Source: an uncultured bacterium (GTDB lineage Bacteria > Oederibacteriota > PGYV01 > CAWJRG01). From it: a stretch of 64,000 nt of DNA. Below, piece by piece: positions 61,549 to 64,000 of this stretch. Position numbers and translations under genes: made by a program. The stretch lies in contig CAWJRG010000011.1 of NCBI GenBank assembly GCA_963845185.1, positions 32,001-96,000 on the forward strand, written 5' to 3'. Position 1 is the first letter of the stretch. Each line of letters begins with the position of its first letter. The notes beneath the pieces were generated by a model. That model did no database searches, was not told where the DNA came from, and was given only the letters and a program-made list of their open reading frames with translations.

Positions 61549-62271
61549 TTGGAACCTCAATTTCAAGAAAATGTAAGTTTGCTTACTGCTTTTTTTGCTG
61601 GCATACTGTCATTTTTATCGCCGTGTGTATTGCCTTTAATCCCCGGCTATATTTCCTTTATTTCCGGCGAATCTATTCAAGCGCTGCGAAATAGTCAAGA
61701 AATAAAAAAGACACGGGAAAGAGTGATTTTAAGTTCGCTATTTTTTGTGGCTGGCTTTTCATTTGTATTCATACTTCTTGGAGCTTCGGCAACTACAATA
61801 GGTAAGTTTCTGCTTAAGTATTTAAAAACACTTTCCATTATAGCAGGCATTGTCATTATTATACTGGGACTTCATATGACAGGTATATTCCGGATAAAAG
61901 CTCTTTATTATGAAAAGAAATTTCAGGTGAAACAAAAGCCTGTTAATGCATTTGGTTCTTTTTTAATAGGTATTGCTTTTGCATTTGGTTGGACTCCCTG
62001 TATAGGTCCTATCCTTGCGGCAATACTCGCTGTTGCCGCAGCCCAAAGCACAATCGCAAAAGGTATATTTCTTTTAACTTCTTATTCTTTAGGCATGGCA
62101 ATCCCCTTCATGATTACCGCCTATAGCATAACTTTATTCTTTAAACTATTTGACAAAATAAAAAAATACTTTAACATAATAGAGTGGGCAAGCGGTATAT
62201 TGCTTTTAATTATAGGCATAATGATGGTTACAGGAATGTTTGCCAGGATAACCCATATTTTTGCATTTTAA
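61549..62271 (+). CDS. ccdA: Cytochrome c biogenesis / thiol-disulfide transporter CcdA
   Basis: AGILSFLSPCVLPLIPGY and FGWTPCIGPIL. Confidence 0.92.
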   Translation: MEPQFQENVSLLTAFFAGILSFLSPCVLPLIPGYISFISGESIQALRNSQEIKKTRERVILSSLFFVAGFSFVFILLGASATTIGKFLLKYLKTLSIIAGIVIIILGLHMTGIFRIKALYYEKKFQVKQKPVNAFGSFLIGIAFAFGWTPCIGPILAAILAVAAAQSTIAKGIFLLTSYSLGMAIPFMITAYSITLFFKLFDKIKKYFNIIEWASGILLLIIGIMMVTGMFARITHIFAF

Positions 62272-62303
62272 AATAAGTTGTTTAAATAATATCGGAGGTA
62301 TTT

Positions 62304-62861
62304 ATGAAAAAATTCGCTGTAATAATTTTGATTTTTTCCCTTTCGTTCTTCGTTGGCTGCGGAAATAAAAAAGAAGCAAACAAACAGCCTGCGCAAAACG
62401 TCCAGCAACAGGCCACGCAGGTTCAGGCTCCAGCTCCAGCCGGAAACGCCAGCGTAACAAAAGCCCCTGATTTCGAAATTTATGATATATCAGGAAAAAA
62501 AATCAGGCTTTCGGATTATAAAGGAAATGTAATTTTCCTTGATTTCTGGGCAACCTGGTGCGGTTGGTGCAAAATTGAAATACCGTTTTTTCTGGATATG
62601 TACAAAAAATATAAAGATCAAGGGCTTGTTATAATAGGCATCGCGACTTCCGACAGGGATGACAGAGTATCGGCTTTTGTGAACACTTATAAAATGAATT
62701 ATCCAGTTGCAATGGCAAAAGACGAAATTGTTGCGGCATATGGAGGCATAAGAGGCTTACCTACCACTTTTGTCATAGATAAAAACGGAAATATCGCGAG
62801 GCAATATGTCGGCTACAGGCCAAGAGAAGTTTTTGAAAAAGACTATAACGAACTGAAATAA
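62304..62861 (+). CDS. TlpA/ResA-family thiol-disulfide oxidoreductase lipoprotein
   Basis: Lipobox FVGC; FWATWCGWC; GLPTTFVID. Confidence 0.9.
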   Translation: MKKFAVIILIFSLSFFVGCGNKKEANKQPAQNVQQQATQVQAPAPAGNASVTKAPDFEIYDISGKKIRLSDYKGNVIFLDFWATWCGWCKIEIPFFLDMYKKYKDQGLVIIGIATSDRDDRVSAFVNTYKMNYPVAMAKDEIVAAYGGIRGLPTTFVIDKNGNIARQYVGYRPREVFEKDYNELK

Positions 62862-62868
62862 GTTTAAT

Positions 62869-63282
62869 TCATTCTCCTATAATTTTTATAATAAGCTTTT
62901 TCTTTCTTTGCCCGTCGAACTCGGCGTAAAAGACCTGCTGCCACGGCCCCAAATCAAGTTTGCCTTCTGTCGCTGGCAAGATAACCTGGTGTCCAACAAG
63001 CAGATTTTTAAGATGTGCGTCGCCGTTAATCTCCCCTGTTTTATGGTGATTGTAATTGATGCCCTCGGGCGCCAGCTTATTAAGCCATGTTTCAATGTCC
63101 TTAAAGAGCCCTGATTCGTCATCATTTATAAACACACCTGCTGTAATGTGCATGGCTGATACAAGGACAAAACCTTCCTTGATTCCCGACTTTGATAATG
63201 TCTTATCAACGCTGTCTGTAATATTTATAAGCTCGCGGTGATTTTTTGTGTTAAAATACATGTATTCCGTATAAGATTTCAT
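62869..63282 (-). CDS. yjbQ: YjbQ/UPF0047 family protein
   Basis: [28 protein letters not shown]. Confidence 0.9.
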   Translation of the reverse strand: MKSYTEYMYFNTKNHRELINITDSVDKTLSKSGIKEGFVLVSAMHITAGVFINDDESGLFKDIETWLNKLAPEGINYNHHKTGEINGDAHLKNLLVGHQVILPATEGKLDLGPWQQVFYAEFDGQRKKKLIIKIIGE

Positions 63283-63331
63283 TTGATTCCACCTGTTTAA
63301 TTCCCGTTATTCATTATTGCAAAAATTAAAT

Positions 63332-63361
63332 AAAAAGTGCAGGATATACTCCTGCACTTTT
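63332..63361. terminator. Rho-independent terminator after fba (symmetric)
   Basis: AAAAAGTGCAGGA/TCCTGCACTTTT. Confidence 0.72.
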
Positions 63362-63407
63362 ATTATATCTCAGTCATTTATTTATCTTACTGGTATTTGG
63401 AATCGTA

Positions 63408-64000
63408 TTATGCTTTTCCAGAACACCCAAGCACATCTTTAATTTTGTGTTTCACAACAGCTTTTATCGCGTCTCTTGCCGGTCCCAGATACTTCCTTGG
63501 GTCAAATTCTTCCGGCGTTTTTGAGAATACTTCCCTTATTGTTGCTGTCATCGCAAGGCGTAAATCCGTATCTATATTTATTTTCGCCACTGTCATTGAC
63601 GCGGCTTTTCTGAGCATGTCCTCCGGCACTCCCTGTGCGCCCGGCATTTTCCCGCCGTACTGATTGCATTTTGCCACCAGGTCCTGTGGCACCGAGGATG
63701 CACCATGCAATACCAAAGGATAGCCTTTTGGTATTTTCCTTATAATCTGCTCCAGCCTTTCAAAATCAAGTTTTGCCTCACCCTTAAATTTATACGCACC
63801 GTGACTTGTGCCTATCGCGACCGCAAGCGAATCGCAACCTGTTTTTGATATATAATCTGCCGCTTGGTCGGGATTTGTAAATTTGGCATCTGCTGCCGTA
63901 ACATTTACCGCGTCTTCAATGCCGGCAAGTTTTCCCAGTTCAGCTTCCACCACTACGCCTTTTGCATGGGCATAATCAACTACTTTTTTTGTTTCTTTCA
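63408..64000 (-). CDS. fba: Class II fructose-bisphosphate aldolase (5' end outside window)
   Basis: VEAELG, DSLAVAIGTSHGAYK, LVLHGASSV, KINIDTD, FDPRKYL. Confidence 0.93.
   Translation of the reverse strand, partial: KETKKVVDYAHAKGVVVEAELGKLAGIEDAVNVTAADAKFTNPDQAADYISKTGCDSLAVAIGTSHGAYKFKGEAKLDFERLEQIIRKIPKGYPLVLHGASSVPQDLVAKCNQYGGKMPGAQGVPEDMLRKAASMTVAKINIDTDLRLAMTATIREVFSKTPEEFDPRKYLGPARDAIKAVVKHKIKDVLGCSGKA

Noticed and set aside
61332..61549. tRNA-Arg as an integration site for a prophage or island
   Set aside because: No integrase, phage genes or duplicated tRNA 3' end seen in the window.

Overview
Bacterial chromosomal window from a diderm organism, with most genes on the minus strand. 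PorV-like barrels and Thr/Pro-linker proteins with T9SS-like C-terminal domains occur alongside a gene set that looks non-Bacteroidota. A Ca. Goldiibacteriota/Firestonebacteria-like lineage is only a guess. The left half (1-31.8 kb) is accessory. It holds a cargo/PorV-TPR/adenylate-cyclase cluster, three IS1182-family insertions (each in the centre of a hairpin), a GT-C glycosyltransferase, a KimA/YdaO-like K+ transporter, and kdpFABC followed by a KdpD that has no kinase domain and no kdpE. It also holds a DUF4032-like/HPr fusion, REP-like palindromes, and a group II intron inserted just after a start codon that supplies its own RBS and ATG. The right half is mostly housekeeping: GSIII, ppdK, ferredoxin, tsaC, purE, purD, GH57, GT4, a PAS kinase with two response regulators, a UvrD-nuclease fusion, yqeK, a sugar ABC transporter, tRNA-Arg(CCT), ccdA/tlpA, yjbQ and fba. 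The most interesting observation is a ~95-nt structured motif with compensatory base changes that I cannot assign to a known family. It occurs three times in minus-strand leaders: before the kimA-like gene, directly before the kdpF RBS, and before the intron-interrupted lipoprotein gene. It is a candidate novel riboswitch or cis-regulatory RNA for K+ uptake that might replace KdpD/KdpE control. Several single-base frameshifts probably reflect residual sequencing errors. All calls were made by eye, without database searches.
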